Assembly (NCBI GenBank): GCA_963667725.2
Contig: CAXXHO010000003.1
Span: 512,001 to 576,000 of the forward strand
Length of the DNA: 64,000 nt
Reading direction: 5' to 3'
From: Treponemataceae bacterium
GTDB taxonomy: Bacteria > Spirochaetota > Spirochaetia > Treponematales > Rectinemataceae
The notes below the pieces were generated by a model. That model made no database searches and was not told the origin of the DNA. It saw nothing but the letters and a program-made list of their open reading frames with translations. This document shows positions 37,002 through 47,827 of this stretch, piece by piece (the first letter of the stretch is position 1; the number at the start of each line of letters is the position of its first letter). The position numbers and the translations under genes were made by a program.

Positions 37002-37740
37002 CGCGATCCTCTGTCCTTGAGTCCTTGTCGTCGACGATCCACCAGCTGACGCCGCCGGATTCGCCGCGCCTGAGCCTCTCCCGCTTCGCGCGTTCTAGCC
37101 GCGCCAGTTCCCGCTTCTTATAGCCGCGGGACCAGAGCCACGACGATACGAATCCCCCGATATGGGCGAGGTAGGCCGTGCCTCCCGCGCTGAGTCCCGA
37201 AAAGCCTCCAGCGAGCTGGAGGATGAACCAGAATCCAATGACGATCCAGGCGGAAAGGGCTGTCGGGATGAAGTTAAACAGGAGCACGACTACCTTGTTT
37301 CCGGGAAAGAGCACGAGGTAGGCGGCGAGCACGCCTGAGATGGCCGCCGAGGCGCCAACGAGGGGCACTTCGGCCGCCGCTCCGCCGATGGCGAGGGCCG
37401 CGGCTACATGGGCGAGGACGCCGATCGTGCCCGAAATCAGGTAGAGGGCGATAAAACGCCTGCGGCCTATCCTGCATTCCACGTTGTCGCCGAAAATGCC
37501 CAGGAAGAGCATGTTGCCCGCGAGATGGGCGAGTCCCCCATGGGCGAACTGGCTCGTGAGAAGACTCGGCAAGCCCCGTCCGCTCGCTATTTCTGAAGGT
37601 ATCGCGGCGAGGGCGAGAGTCGGGAGGTCGGCGCCGAAGCCCTGGATGAAGATGAAGACAGCGACGTTTATCCCGATGAGGCTCCAGGTGGCGATCGCCG
37701 AACCGCGCCCGCAGGAATTCTGATCTCCGATCGGAATCAT
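36994..37740 (-). CDS. Rhomboid intramembrane serine protease
   Basis: HLAGNM, GASAA, AYLAHIGG. Confidence 0.92.
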   Translation of the reverse strand: MIPIGDQNSCGRGSAIATWSLIGINVAVFIFIQGFGADLPTLALAAIPSEIASGRGLPSLLTSQFAHGGLAHLAGNMLFLGIFGDNVECRIGRRRFIALYLISGTIGVLAHVAAALAIGGAAAEVPLVGASAAISGVLAAYLVLFPGNKVVVLLFNFIPTALSAWIVIGFWFILQLAGGFSGLSAGGTAYLAHIGGFVSSWLWSRGYKKRELARLERAKRERLRRGESGGVSWWIVDDKDSRTEDRDA

Positions 37741-37861
37741 GCCAATACTCCTCCCCCTCGGAAAAATATAGTGCAAAGTACCCCCGAAGGCTACTGGGAA
37801 AAGGACGGGCGATGACAGGTTCGGGCCACGGTTGAAGCGGTCAGCCTAATATGGTATTACT

Positions 37862-38494
37862 GTGGCGATGACCAAAGCATTGATGTTCGATCTTGACAAC
37901 ACGCTCTATTCTGAAAAGACAGGCATGGAAAAGCAGGTCGTCGAGAGAATAAACGGATTCGTATCCAATTTTCTCGGCTGGCCTCCCGAAGAAACGAACC
38001 TAAGGCGACGCGAAGGCGCTAAGCGTTTCGGCACGACCCTCGAATGGCTCGTCTACGAGAAAGGCCTGAAAGATGTCGACGCGTATTTTGCTTTCACGCA
38101 TCCCGAGGGGGAGGAAGACTGCCTGACGATCGACGATGGGGTGAAGGGGATTCTCGATTCACTGGACTATCCGAAGGTAGTGCTGACGAACGCGCCCATG
38201 GAGCACGCGATGCGAGTGCTGCGCAAGCTGGATATCCTGGACCGCTTCAAGGGAATTTACGATATCAGGTATAACGGCCTCGTGGGCAAACCCCATCCCA
38301 AATCATATCTGCGCGTCCTGGAGGCGTCGGGCTTCTCCGCCGAAACGACGGTGTTCATAGACGACAGCCCCAAATACGTCAAGGGCTATCTCGCGTTGGG
38401 CGGCAGAGGCATCCTCAAGGATGAGGGCGAACGGTTCCTCGGTCACGGATACGAGCGCGTCACGACGTTGAAGGAACTCGCGGCCCTGCTCTGA
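37862..38494 (+). CDS. HAD hydrolase (pyrimidine 5'-nucleotidase-like)
   Basis: FDLDNTLY, TNAP, KP, FIDDS. Confidence 0.88.
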   Translation: MAMTKALMFDLDNTLYSEKTGMEKQVVERINGFVSNFLGWPPEETNLRRREGAKRFGTTLEWLVYEKGLKDVDAYFAFTHPEGEEDCLTIDDGVKGILDSLDYPKVVLTNAPMEHAMRVLRKLDILDRFKGIYDIRYNGLVGKPHPKSYLRVLEASGFSAETTVFIDDSPKYVKGYLALGGRGILKDEGERFLGHGYERVTTLKELAALL

Positions 38495-38498
38495 TTTT

Positions 38499-39404
38499 TC
38501 AGCCCTTCGCCTTCCCGGCTCGTTTGGCGAGCGATCCCGCCACGAGCGCGATGAGAGTCGCGGCGTAGGGAATCATAAGTATGAATTCAGCGGGTATCCT
38601 GAATAAACCCTGGGCATAGTTCGAATAACTTTCGGCCAGCGCGAAGATGAAGCAGGCAAGGGCAATTTTGCCTGGTCTTCGCGCGCCCAGATAGATGGCC
38701 ACAAGGGCTATCCATCCGCGGCCGGCGCTCATGTTGGGCACATAGGCGGCGAGCGGCAGCGACAGGCTCACGCCGGCCATTCCGCAAAAAAATCCGGACA
38801 AGACTATGGCGATGAGTCGATAGGCGTCGGGCCTGAATCCCGATGCCGCCACCGCCTCAGCGTTCGCTCCCGTCGCCCTTATTTTCATACCCAGGGGCGT
38901 CCTGCGGATGATCACCGCGGCGGCGATGACGAAAAACCACGAAAGATAGACGAGAACGGTATGCGAAAAGAGGGCCGGTCCGAAAAAGGGAATGTTTCCC
39001 AGCAGTCCGGCGAATGGCCTGGCCAGCTCGGGGATTTTGAAGGCGACGACGCTCTTCGTTCCGAACCATTGTCGGGAAAGCACCACAGTCAGCCCCGACG
39101 CGAAAATATTGGCCGCCAGGCCGGTCACGAAAATATTGGCTTTGAGGCGTATCGTGGCCGAACCGTAGGCCCAAGCCAAAAGGGCGGCGGCGAGACTCCC
39201 GGCGACGAGGCCGGCGAAGAGGCTTTGCGTCATCGAGGCCGCCACGATGCCGAAGAAGGCGCCGACGAGAATGAGACCTTCCAGGGCTATGTTGAGCATT
39301 CCCGTGAGTTCGGTGAAAAGGCCGCCCAGGGCGGCGAATATGAGCGGCGTCATGGCGGCTATCGCGTTGCCCGCTATCGTTCCCGTCGTGCCGGCCCAGT
39401 TCAT
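38499..39404 (-). CDS. Nucleoside/sugar ABC permease
   Basis: GMLNIALEG, GRGWIAL, MIPY. Confidence 0.9.
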   Translation of the reverse strand: MNWAGTTGTIAGNAIAAMTPLIFAALGGLFTELTGMLNIALEGLILVGAFFGIVAASMTQSLFAGLVAGSLAAALLAWAYGSATIRLKANIFVTGLAANIFASGLTVVLSRQWFGTKSVVAFKIPELARPFAGLLGNIPFFGPALFSHTVLVYLSWFFVIAAAVIIRRTPLGMKIRATGANAEAVAASGFRPDAYRLIAIVLSGFFCGMAGVSLSLPLAAYVPNMSAGRGWIALVAIYLGARRPGKIALACFIFALAESYSNYAQGLFRIPAEFILMIPYAATLIALVAGSLAKRAGKAKG

Positions 39405-40462
39405 CGCTTCCCCCCGATCCCGGCCCGCGTGAGGCCCGCCGCCTTCAGTTTTTCCGCGAAGGGAAGGGCCGTCGCCGTTATGAGAAGGAATATGACGGCC
39501 TGGACGATGGCCACGATTTCTGAACTCACGTCGGAGCCGAGCATGACGCTTTTGGATCCCGAATCGAGATAGGCGTAAAAAGCCGCTGCGGGGATGAGGG
39601 CGAGAGGATTGTTCCTCGCGATGAGCGATACCGCTATGGCGCTCCAGCCGACGCCCGACGAAAATCCGCGCATGACCTTGTAGTAGGAACCGAAAACCAT
39701 GAGAGCCCCGGCGAGGCCGTGCAGCGCTCCCGACAGCGCCATGGGAAGAAGGGTGTAGATTCCGCTGTCGATCCCGGCATAGCGCGCGAACTCCCTATTG
39801 GCTCCGCAGAGCCTGAGCTCGAATCCGAATCTTGTCCTATCCATCACCGCCTTGCCCGCGAGGGACGCGAGGAGTCCGATGATGAGTCCGGTGCTCAGCG
39901 AGGAGGGAGGAAAAATCTTCGGGAAAGCCGCGGACGCGGCGATCGCGCGCGTCGTCTGGAAATTACTGGCAGGGTCCTGGAAAGGTCCGGTGACGAGGAA
40001 GTCGACGAGAAGGACGGCCAGGGAGGAAATGAGGAATGATGAAATGAGCTCGTCGACGCCGAGGCGGCGCTTGAGGGTTCCCGATAGCCCGCCGATCAAG
40101 CCGCCTGCCGCGGCCGCCGCGGAACAGGAAAGAAGTTGAACGACGAAGGTCGAGCCTTCGGGAAGGTTCAAGGCCACAAGCGTCGCCACGAGGGCTCCGC
40201 CGTAAATCTGCCCTTCGCCGCCGAGGTTGAAGTTGCGCGATTCGAAAGCGAAGGCGACGCCCAGTCCTGCGACGATGAGCGGCACCATCGAGGAGATGAG
40301 GTTGCCCAGATAGTAGCGGTTCGTAAGGGGCGCCACGAAGAAGAGGAACAGCGAATCGGCGAAGGAATCCGAGAAAAGATAGAGCAACAGGCAGGCCGAC
40401 GCAAGAGCCGCCGCTATCGTGAAGAGAAGGACGCCTCCGCGTCCGCGGCTTGCTTTACTCAT
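39401..40462 (-). CDS. Nucleoside/sugar ABC permease
   Basis: FNLGGEGQ, RTRFGFELR, ARYAGI. Confidence 0.9.
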   Translation of the reverse strand: MSKASRGRGGVLLFTIAAALASACLLLYLFSDSFADSLFLFFVAPLTNRYYLGNLISSMVPLIVAGLGVAFAFESRNFNLGGEGQIYGGALVATLVALNLPEGSTFVVQLLSCSAAAAAGGLIGGLSGTLKRRLGVDELISSFLISSLAVLLVDFLVTGPFQDPASNFQTTRAIAASAAFPKIFPPSSLSTGLIIGLLASLAGKAVMDRTRFGFELRLCGANREFARYAGIDSGIYTLLPMALSGALHGLAGALMVFGSYYKVMRGFSSGVGWSAIAVSLIARNNPLALIPAAAFYAYLDSGSKSVMLGSDVSSEIVAIVQAVIFLLITATALPFAEKLKAAGLTRAGIGGKR

Positions 40463-42014
40463 TTGAGCCGCCTCCGATGGCGAGCGGACTGGGGGAAGCC
40501 GAGAGGCCGAGCATCAGGGAACCCAAGCCTTCGCGCGTCACTTCAGGGCCATTAGGCAGGGAGCCGGCCAGCCTGCCCTTGCGCAGAACGGCTATCCTGT
40601 CGGACAGCGTCAGTATTTCATCGATATCGGAGGAGAGAAGCACGATCGCCGATCCTTTTTCGCGCAGGGCGAGAATTCGGTCGTAGACGAACTCAGCCGA
40701 TGCCCTGTCGAGTCCCCAGGTGGGTTCGCAGAGTATACAGAGAGCCGGGGGCGGATCCGAGAGTTCGCGGGCAAGAATCATTTTCTGTATATTGCCGCCC
40801 GAAAGTTCCTCGACGAGACTATCCGGGCCGGCTTTTATGGAAAAGTCGCTGATGGCGGCGCTCGCCGCCTTCCTGGCCGCTTCGCTGTCGAGAATGCCTC
40901 TCGGGAAGAAGGCGGCCCTGTCCAAAGCTATGAAGTTTTCGGCCACCGTCCTGCTGTCGCAGGAACCCCGCCTCATCCGGTCGGAAGGGACATAGGCTAT
41001 GCCGTGGAAACGCCAGGGCGCCGACCTGAAACGAGGGTAGGGAGCGCCGAAGAACCGAAGCCTGCCCGAACCCGGCTTGACGATGCCAGCGAGGAGATCT
41101 TCGAGTTCGGTGAGACCATTACCGGATAAGGCGCAAAGCCCGCGGATTTCGCCCGGCCTGACGGCGAGGGAAAGCCGATCGAGCAGGGCCACACCGTGAT
41201 GACGAGCCCTGAGGCTCAGGTTTTCGAGCTCCAGGACAGGTTCGCCGCCCGTCACGGCGGGAAAGCGCGGACGATGTTCCCTTAGGCCGCCGCTTCCCAT
41301 CATCATGCCTGAGAGATCCTGTTCCGACACCGCCGACGCGGGAAATTCTCCGACGGTCTCGCCGTCGCGCATCACGGTGACCGTATCGGCGATTTCCTTC
41401 ACTTCCCTGATCTTGTGCGTGATGATGACGATAGTCTTCCCTTCTTCCTTGAGCCCGCGGAGCGTGGAAAAAAGGGAGCGTATCTCCTGTTCGGTGAGCA
41501 CAGAGGTGGGTTCGTCGAGTATGAGCACCTCGCAGTCCCTGTACAGAAGCCTGAGGATTTCCACCTGCTGTCGTTCCCCGACCGTGAGTTCATCGGCAGG
41601 CTTCTCAGGATCGATCGAAAAGCCGAATCTGACAATGGCCTTGGCGGCCGCGTCCACGCAGGCTTTCCTGTCGATGAAAATGCCGCAGAGCCTTGGCTCG
41701 ACGCCGAATACGATGTTTTCGGCGGCGGAAAAGCCCGGTATGGTCATGAAATGCTGGTGGACCATGCCAATCCCATGTTTGGACGCGTCGGAAGCGCTGC
41801 GGAAGCCGACGGCGCGCCCGTCGATGGCGATGCTGCCGGAATCGGGCTTGGTAAGTCCGGCGAGGATCCTCATGAGCGTTGTCTTGCCGGCGCCGTTTTC
41901 GCCGATGACGGCGTGGATTTCGCCCGCGGACAGATGAAGCTCGGCCTTTCTATTTGCCCAGGTTCCGCTCGAAGAGAAAAATTTGTCTATTTTTTCAAGG
42001 CTGATACTTTTCAT
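40455..42014 (-). CDS. CUT2 ABC ATPase (two domains)
   Basis: GENGAGKT, DEPT, LSGGNIQK. Confidence 0.93.
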   Translation of the reverse strand: MKSISLEKIDKFFSSSGTWANRKAELHLSAGEIHAVIGENGAGKTTLMRILAGLTKPDSGSIAIDGRAVGFRSASDASKHGIGMVHQHFMTIPGFSAAENIVFGVEPRLCGIFIDRKACVDAAAKAIVRFGFSIDPEKPADELTVGERQQVEILRLLYRDCEVLILDEPTSVLTEQEIRSLFSTLRGLKEEGKTIVIITHKIREVKEIADTVTVMRDGETVGEFPASAVSEQDLSGMMMGSGGLREHRPRFPAVTGGEPVLELENLSLRARHHGVALLDRLSLAVRPGEIRGLCALSGNGLTELEDLLAGIVKPGSGRLRFFGAPYPRFRSAPWRFHGIAYVPSDRMRRGSCDSRTVAENFIALDRAAFFPRGILDSEAARKAASAAISDFSIKAGPDSLVEELSGGNIQKMILARELSDPPPALCILCEPTWGLDRASAEFVYDRILALREKGSAIVLLSSDIDEILTLSDRIAVLRKGRLAGSLPNGPEVTREGLGSLMLGLSASPSPLAIGGGSNE

Positions 42015-42035
42015 GATGAGGCGCCAAGCCCTGAA

Positions 42036-43040
42036 TCAGAGCTGGGGAACCTTGAACGACAGCGATCCGTTTTTGATCCTGGCGATAGCCTCAGCCACCT
42101 TGGCTTGCACGGATTTAGGCACGCCATCCAGATAGCTGGGATTCGCGTTCAGCAGCTCGATATAGCCTTCCCTCATGCCGACAATATCGGCCCTTCCGAA
42201 AGCGAGCTTTCCTTCCACCGCTTCCTTCAGCTTCGTGTAGGCCAGACTCTCCTGGCGCAGGGCTGTGCAGCCGAGGATGGTTTTCGGAGCGCGCGAGTAC
42301 TCGTCGCTGTCGAAGAAGACGAGGTACTTGCCGGCATCCTGGGCCGTCTTTATGACGCCCTGGCTTGCCGAACCGCAGATGGGCAGGATGACGTCGACGC
42401 CCGAGTCTATCATACTTCGGGCGAGCTCGGCCGCCTTGGTCGCGTCGTACCAATTGCCGAGAATCCTGACGTCCAGCTGGAAGGCGGGATCGGCCGCCTT
42501 TAAGCCCTGCTCGAAGCCCGGAATGATGAGCTTATCCATGACGGGGTAGTGCTGTCCGATGATCAGCCCGACCTTCTTGGCCGCGTTGGCTCCGGGGAGG
42601 GAACTCATCGACAACAGGCCGGCCAGATAGCCCGTTATGTAGCCCTGCTCGGTCTGATTGTAGAGGACGGTGTAAAGATTGGGATTCCCCGGCTTCATGC
42701 CGTCCAGGCTGATGAACTTCTGCTTGGGGAACATGGGCGAAATCGCGCCGATGAGATCCGGCAGCGAAGGATTGGAGGTGAGGATGAAATCGTAATTGCC
42801 CGTCGCCACGAAGCTCGTCAGCTTTTCCTGCCATTCCGCCTGGTTGAAGCCTGCCTCGAAAATCTTTACCGAGGCGCCGGGGATTTCGGCGGCCAGTCTT
42901 TCGGCGCCGGCCGCGAGATCTGAATACGTGGGGCTGCCTTCCCTGACGCCGGGTATGAAGACGCCGATTCTCGGCGGTTTGGCGAAGACGGGAAGGGCGA
43001 GAACGAGGATGGCCGCGACGATGGACAGACGGAATTTCAT
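42036..43040 (-). CDS. BMP-family ABC substrate-binding protein
   Basis: Signal MKFRLSIVAAIL; EQGYITGYLAG; GNWYDATKA. Confidence 0.88.
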   Translation of the reverse strand: MKFRLSIVAAILVLALPVFAKPPRIGVFIPGVREGSPTYSDLAAGAERLAAEIPGASVKIFEAGFNQAEWQEKLTSFVATGNYDFILTSNPSLPDLIGAISPMFPKQKFISLDGMKPGNPNLYTVLYNQTEQGYITGYLAGLLSMSSLPGANAAKKVGLIIGQHYPVMDKLIIPGFEQGLKAADPAFQLDVRILGNWYDATKAAELARSMIDSGVDVILPICGSASQGVIKTAQDAGKYLVFFDSDEYSRAPKTILGCTALRQESLAYTKLKEAVEGKLAFGRADIVGMREGYIELLNANPSYLDGVPKSVQAKVAEAIARIKNGSLSFKVPQL

Positions 43041-43167
43041 ACATTCCTCCAAAATGAAGGGAGAATCGACAAGCTTTTGAAACTTACGTAACAAAAAATC
43101 TTACGTAAAATTGATAATAGCATATTTCAAAAAATATTCAAGTAGGGTATCATTGAAACAGCACAGT

Positions 43168-43626
43168 ATGAAAACCAACGGCGATAGCTTGAAGATCGGA
43201 GACCTCGCCTCCATGTTCGGACTCACGGCGAGATCCATACGCTACTATGAAGAATTGGGCCTCCTGAAATCCAACGACAGGACGGAAGGGCTCCATCGCC
43301 GCTATCCCGGCAGGAACATCGTCTACCTAAAACGGATCAAACAGCTCAAGACCTATGGACTGAGCCTGGGCGAGATCAAGGAATTTTTCGATCTGGCCGA
43401 GGAAGACCCCTCGGGAGAAGCCTGCAAGGCCCTTCTCGTCAGAAAATATGAAGAGCGGATCAGCGCCGAAGAGGCGGCGATCGGCGAAGCGCAGAAAAGG
43501 CTGGACGAGCTGAAAGACCAGGCCGACTGCCTGCGCGGCCCCGGGCGGTTTTTCGCTTGCCCCGGCGAGGACTGCGGCGAATGCGATACCGCCGATTTCT
43601 GCGACATGGGAAGCGATAAGGCATGA
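43168..43626 (+). CDS. MerR-family regulator with Cys-rich tail
   Basis: KIGDLA...IRYYEELGLL; CPGEDCGECDTADFC. Confidence 0.9.
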   Translation: MKTNGDSLKIGDLASMFGLTARSIRYYEELGLLKSNDRTEGLHRRYPGRNIVYLKRIKQLKTYGLSLGEIKEFFDLAEEDPSGEACKALLVRKYEERISAEEAAIGEAQKRLDELKDQADCLRGPGRFFACPGEDCGECDTADFCDMGSDKA

Positions 43627-45068
43627 TCGTCGCCATCGATATAGGAACAACGAGCGCGAAGGCTGCTCTTTTCGACAGGGAAGGCGGCTGCGTCGCCGTC
43701 GAGAGGGCGACGATACGGGGCATCATCGGCGCCAATCCTATCGAACATGAAATAGACCCGCGATCCTGGACGGAAGCGGTCAAAGGGCTGCTCGCGGGGC
43801 TGGCGGCCGCGACTCCGGGCGGCCTGGGCGACGTGGAATGCGTGGCGGTGAGCGGAAACGGCCCCACGCTGCTGCCGGTGGGCGCCGACGGCGAGCCGCT
43901 CCACAACGCCATCACCTGGATGGACAGGAGAGCCGCCGGTGAGTCCGCGCTGGCCGAACCTATTCTGGGCAGGTTCCTCGACCCGGCGTACAATCTTCCG
44001 AAGGTGCTCTGGCTCAAGGCCCAGCGCCCCGATATCTACGAAAACACCCGCTGGTTCTCCTCCTGTCCCGAATACATCATCGCGCGCCTCTGCGGCGCCT
44101 GGATAAGCATCCTCCCTGCCGAAGGCTACCAGGCGATAATCTGGGACTCGAGGTCGCTGAGGCTTCTCGGCCTGGATGAAAGGAAATTCCCTCCCTTCGC
44201 GAAGCTGGGCTCCATCGTGGGGGCGGTGACGCGACAGGCGGCCGAAGCGACCGGCCTTCCCGAAGGCATCCCCGTCGTCGCTGGCGGACCCGATTTCATC
44301 GTCTCCCTCATCGGCACCGCGACGACCAGCCCCCGCAGGGCCTGCGACAGATCGGGCACCTCGGAGGGCATCAACCTTTGCTGGAACACGGCTGTCCCTA
44401 GGGATCCTCGTCTCCTCTTCATGCCTCACGTCATAGAACCTTACGAGAACATTTCCGGCGTCATCTCGGCGACGGGAAAAGCAGTCTCCTGGTTCATGGG
44501 CATAGAGGGCGTCGGGGCTGGCGATCACGGCGACTTCTTCCGCATGGCGGCCGAGGCTCCGGCCGGCGCGGACCGCCTGCTTTTCCTTCCCTATCTGTCC
44601 GGCGAGCGGGCCCCGCTCTGGAACCCCGACGCCCGCGCCGTCTTCGTGGGGCTTTCCCTGAGGCATGGGAGGAAGGAGATGGCCCGGGCCGTGGCCGAGT
44701 CGGCGGGATTCGCCATGCGCGACGTCATTGAGGTGATGGAATCCCTGGGGGCTCGGGTGGAGGATCTCCGCGTCACGGGCCAGCCCGCGGGGAACGCCGT
44801 ATGGAACCAGATCAAGGCCGATATAACGAGGAAGCCCATTCTCGTCCCTGCCTTCGGCGAAGCCGAACTTCTCGGCGACCTCTGCCTCGCCCTGGTCGCC
44901 CTCGGCCAGTTCCCGACCATAGGGCAGGCTGCCGAAAAGCTCGTTTCCTTCGGGAAGACCTTCTTTCCCGATGAATCGAAGAAGGCGCTCTATGACGAGC
45001 TCTTTTCCCTGTATCGAGAGAGCTACAAGGGTCTGGAGCCGGTTTTTCACCGCCTCGCGAAGCTTTAG
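43623..45068 (+). CDS. FGGY carbohydrate kinase (xylulokinase-like)
   Basis: DIGTTSAK, WMDRR, FLPYLSGERAP. Confidence 0.92.
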   Translation: MIVAIDIGTTSAKAALFDREGGCVAVERATIRGIIGANPIEHEIDPRSWTEAVKGLLAGLAAATPGGLGDVECVAVSGNGPTLLPVGADGEPLHNAITWMDRRAAGESALAEPILGRFLDPAYNLPKVLWLKAQRPDIYENTRWFSSCPEYIIARLCGAWISILPAEGYQAIIWDSRSLRLLGLDERKFPPFAKLGSIVGAVTRQAAEATGLPEGIPVVAGGPDFIVSLIGTATTSPRRACDRSGTSEGINLCWNTAVPRDPRLLFMPHVIEPYENISGVISATGKAVSWFMGIEGVGAGDHGDFFRMAAEAPAGADRLLFLPYLSGERAPLWNPDARAVFVGLSLRHGRKEMARAVAESAGFAMRDVIEVMESLGARVEDLRVTGQPAGNAVWNQIKADITRKPILVPAFGEAELLGDLCLALVALGQFPTIGQAAEKLVSFGKTFFPDESKKALYDELFSLYRESYKGLEPVFHRLAKL

Positions 45069-45254
45069 AGGCGCTTCGCACGGGTTCGAGGCGAGAAAGG
45101 AAGCCGGGAACACGCAACTTCCCGAGGCTCCCGACGCGATTCCCCTTGACCCTTTTCCAAAGACTGTCTACGTTTACGGAAACTTGCCGGCTTCTTCTAA
45201 AATTTACGCGTTTAAATGTATAATGGATGCGAACGCCAGCACGGAGGTAATTTC

Positions 45255-45836
45255 ATGCCCGAAACCAAAGTCGTCATCAATCTTTCCAACCGCCACGTCC
45301 ACGTCAGCCGCGAGGATCTCGACATCCTTTACGGCAAGGGCTATCAGCTCACCAAGACCAAGGACTTGATCCAGCCCGGACAGTTCGCCTGCGCCGAGAC
45401 CGTCACCATCAAGGGACCGAAGGGCGCCTTCGAGGGCGTCAGGATACTCGGACCGGAACGCAAGGAGACGCAGTGCGAGATTCTCGCGAGCGACCAGTTC
45501 AAGCTGGGCGTTCCCGGTTGCCCCGTGCGCGAATCGGGCCAGCTCGACGGCAGCGCCTCCTTCGAGATTATCGGACCGGCCGGTTCCATTAAAAAAGATA
45601 AGGGCCTCATCATCGCCAAACGCCACATCCACTTCAACCTGGAAGAGGGCAAACGCTTCGGCGTCGCCGACAAGCAGCTCGTCAGCCTCAAGGCCGGCGG
45701 GGAGAGGGGAGCCATCTTCCTCAACGTCGTCTGCCGCGTCAACGCGGCCTACGCTCTCGAATGCCATCTCGATTTCGACGAAGGCAACGCCGTGGGCATT
45801 GGCAACGGCACCCTCGGCGAGATCACGACGCTCTGA
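45255..45836 (+). CDS. pduL: Phosphate propanoyltransferase PduL
   Basis: SNRHVH, QPGQFA, RHIH, HLDFDEGNA. Confidence 0.92.
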   Translation: MPETKVVINLSNRHVHVSREDLDILYGKGYQLTKTKDLIQPGQFACAETVTIKGPKGAFEGVRILGPERKETQCEILASDQFKLGVPGCPVRESGQLDGSASFEIIGPAGSIKKDKGLIIAKRHIHFNLEEGKRFGVADKQLVSLKAGGERGAIFLNVVCRVNAAYALECHLDFDEGNAVGIGNGTLGEITTL

Positions 45837-45895
45837 TTTCAAATCGATACTACCGGCGGGCCCCTTTCTGGCCCGCCGCCTGAAGGGGATCGGAA

Positions 45896-46960
45896 GTGAG
45901 CAAAATAATACTGAAAGCGCAGGATCTCGACGGCTATCTTTCGGCCAAGGACAACGCCTACCTGGCGCAGATGGACGCTCTTTATCGCCAGGCCATGGTT
46001 TCCTTCAACATTCTGGGCACGAGCCATTCGGAAACCGAGAAAAAGAAGGAAGAAGCCGCCCTCATCGAGCTCTACAACACGATGGGAAGCCTGATGAAGG
46101 AAATCTGCGCGAGCGAGCCGCGCATTCAGGTATATTCCTTCGTCACGCCGCACGAGAACCACGGCGAAGCCTCGCGCCTCATCGCCAAGCTGCGCGACAT
46201 CAACACCGGACGCCAGGAATTCGTCTACTACACGCAGAGGGCCTTCGAACTCCTCTTCAACATCGCTTTCGGCGGCGGCGTCAATCCCAATAAAAACTAC
46301 CTCATCGTCAAGACGCCCGTCGGCATTCCCGTGCAGAACTACGCCGTGCACAAGATTCCCAACATCGACGCGCAGCTCTCCAACACGGTGATGTGCGTCA
46401 TGCTGCGCGGCGCCCTCCTGCCGTCGATGATCGTCTCCAAGGAAATACAGGAGTATTCCTCTTCGGGCTATCTCACCCCCTTCGCCCTCTTCAAGATCAA
46501 ACGCGACGATTCGAAGAGCGAGACGACGATGGAGTACATCCTCGATCTGGACCGTTCCTACTTCAAGCTGGAAGAACTGGACGGGAAGAATCTCGTGTTC
46601 GCCGATCCCATGAACGCCACCGGCGGCTCTCTCGTCACCGTGGTGAAATACCTCCTCGAGAAAGGCGTCAAACCCAAGTCGGTGAAGTTCCTCAATGTCA
46701 TTTCCGCGCTGAAAGGCAGCCTGAGAATCGTCAGGGCCATCGAGAACGTCACGGTCCACACGCTGTGGATGGACCCCATCCTCAACGAGCGCGCCTATAT
46801 CATGCCCGGCCTGGGCGACGCGGGCGACAGGATCAACGGCGTGGACGAGGACAAAAATCCCCGCGACATGCTCAGGCTCGTGGCCGATTACGGCACCAAC
46901 ATCACCGGGCTGTACCGTTCGCAGCTCAGGATCATCGAAGAAACGGTGCTCCACCATTGA
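45896..46960 (+). CDS. upp: Uracil phosphoribosyltransferase with N-terminal extension
   Basis: [14 protein letters not shown] loop; [12 protein letters not shown]. Confidence 0.9.
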   Translation: MSKIILKAQDLDGYLSAKDNAYLAQMDALYRQAMVSFNILGTSHSETEKKKEEAALIELYNTMGSLMKEICASEPRIQVYSFVTPHENHGEASRLIAKLRDINTGRQEFVYYTQRAFELLFNIAFGGGVNPNKNYLIVKTPVGIPVQNYAVHKIPNIDAQLSNTVMCVMLRGALLPSMIVSKEIQEYSSSGYLTPFALFKIKRDDSKSETTMEYILDLDRSYFKLEELDGKNLVFADPMNATGGSLVTVVKYLLEKGVKPKSVKFLNVISALKGSLRIVRAIENVTVHTLWMDPILNERAYIMPGLGDAGDRINGVDEDKNPRDMLRLVADYGTNITGLYRSQLRIIEETVLHH

Positions 46961-46975
46961 GTCGAAGGTCCTCCC

Positions 46976-47818
46976 ATGACTGAAACGCGAGCCGTCGGCT
47001 TTTCGCTGTTCTGCGGCCCCGACCTCATCCTTCCGCCCGCGTGGAATAATGAGCTTCCGGGATTGCCCCTATTTGAATCGCTGTCGCTTCCGGGCGGCGC
47101 CGTAGTGGCAAAAAAGGATGGCGTCCCCTCGGGCTTCGCGAGCACGGCCTTCGATTTCGACGGCAAGACTTATATGGCCGTGGAGCTGAGCGACGAGCAG
47201 GCTTCGGGGCTGCCGGGGGCTTCCCACGTGCCGCTGCGGCAGTTCATCGGCACAGCGCCCCAGGATTCGGTCACCTTCATCCTCAAGGCGAGGGCCTACG
47301 CGCACTGGTCCTTCGTGGCGCACTACTGTGCCTTCTGCGGCGCGCCGCTCGTCGACGGGCGCGGCCGCGACTACGAAAGAGCGAAGGTCTGCGAGGCATG
47401 CGGCCGCGCCTACTTCCCGCGCATTTCGCCCGCGGTAATCATCCTCATACATCGCGGCGGCGAGATGCTTCTCGCGCATAACGCCAAGTTTCCCGCAGGT
47501 CGCCACGGCTTGATAGCCGGCTTTGTCGAGCCGGGCGAAACGCTGGAGGAGACTGTCCATCGCGAGGTTATGGAGGAGGCCGGCATCGAAATAAGCGAGC
47601 CGCGTTACGTCAGGTCCCAGCCCTGGCCCTTTCCTGATTCGCTCATGATCGCTTTCGAGGCCGAGTACAAGTCCGGCGAGGTACGTCCCGACGGCGAGGA
47701 AATCGACCATCTGGGCTGGTTCTCACCCGACCGTCTGCCCGATATTCCCCCGCACGGTTCCGTGGCACGCTATCTCATTGATCGTTTTATCGCCGCGGCT
47801 CAGCTGCCTTCGGCCTAG
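46976..47818 (+). CDS. nudC: NADH pyrophosphatase NudC
   Basis: CAFCG/CEACG Zn ribbon; GFVEPGETLEETVHREVMEE; SQPWPFP. Confidence 0.93.
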   Translation: MTETRAVGFSLFCGPDLILPPAWNNELPGLPLFESLSLPGGAVVAKKDGVPSGFASTAFDFDGKTYMAVELSDEQASGLPGASHVPLRQFIGTAPQDSVTFILKARAYAHWSFVAHYCAFCGAPLVDGRGRDYERAKVCEACGRAYFPRISPAVIILIHRGGEMLLAHNAKFPAGRHGLIAGFVEPGETLEETVHREVMEEAGIEISEPRYVRSQPWPFPDSLMIAFEAEYKSGEVRPDGEEIDHLGWFSPDRLPDIPPHGSVARYLIDRFIAAAQLPSA

Positions 47819-47827
47819 GCTCGCCGA

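Noticed and set aside
45255..45836. pduL as evidence of a microcompartment locus
   Set aside because: No shell protein genes are nearby; stand-alone PduL is common in anaerobes.
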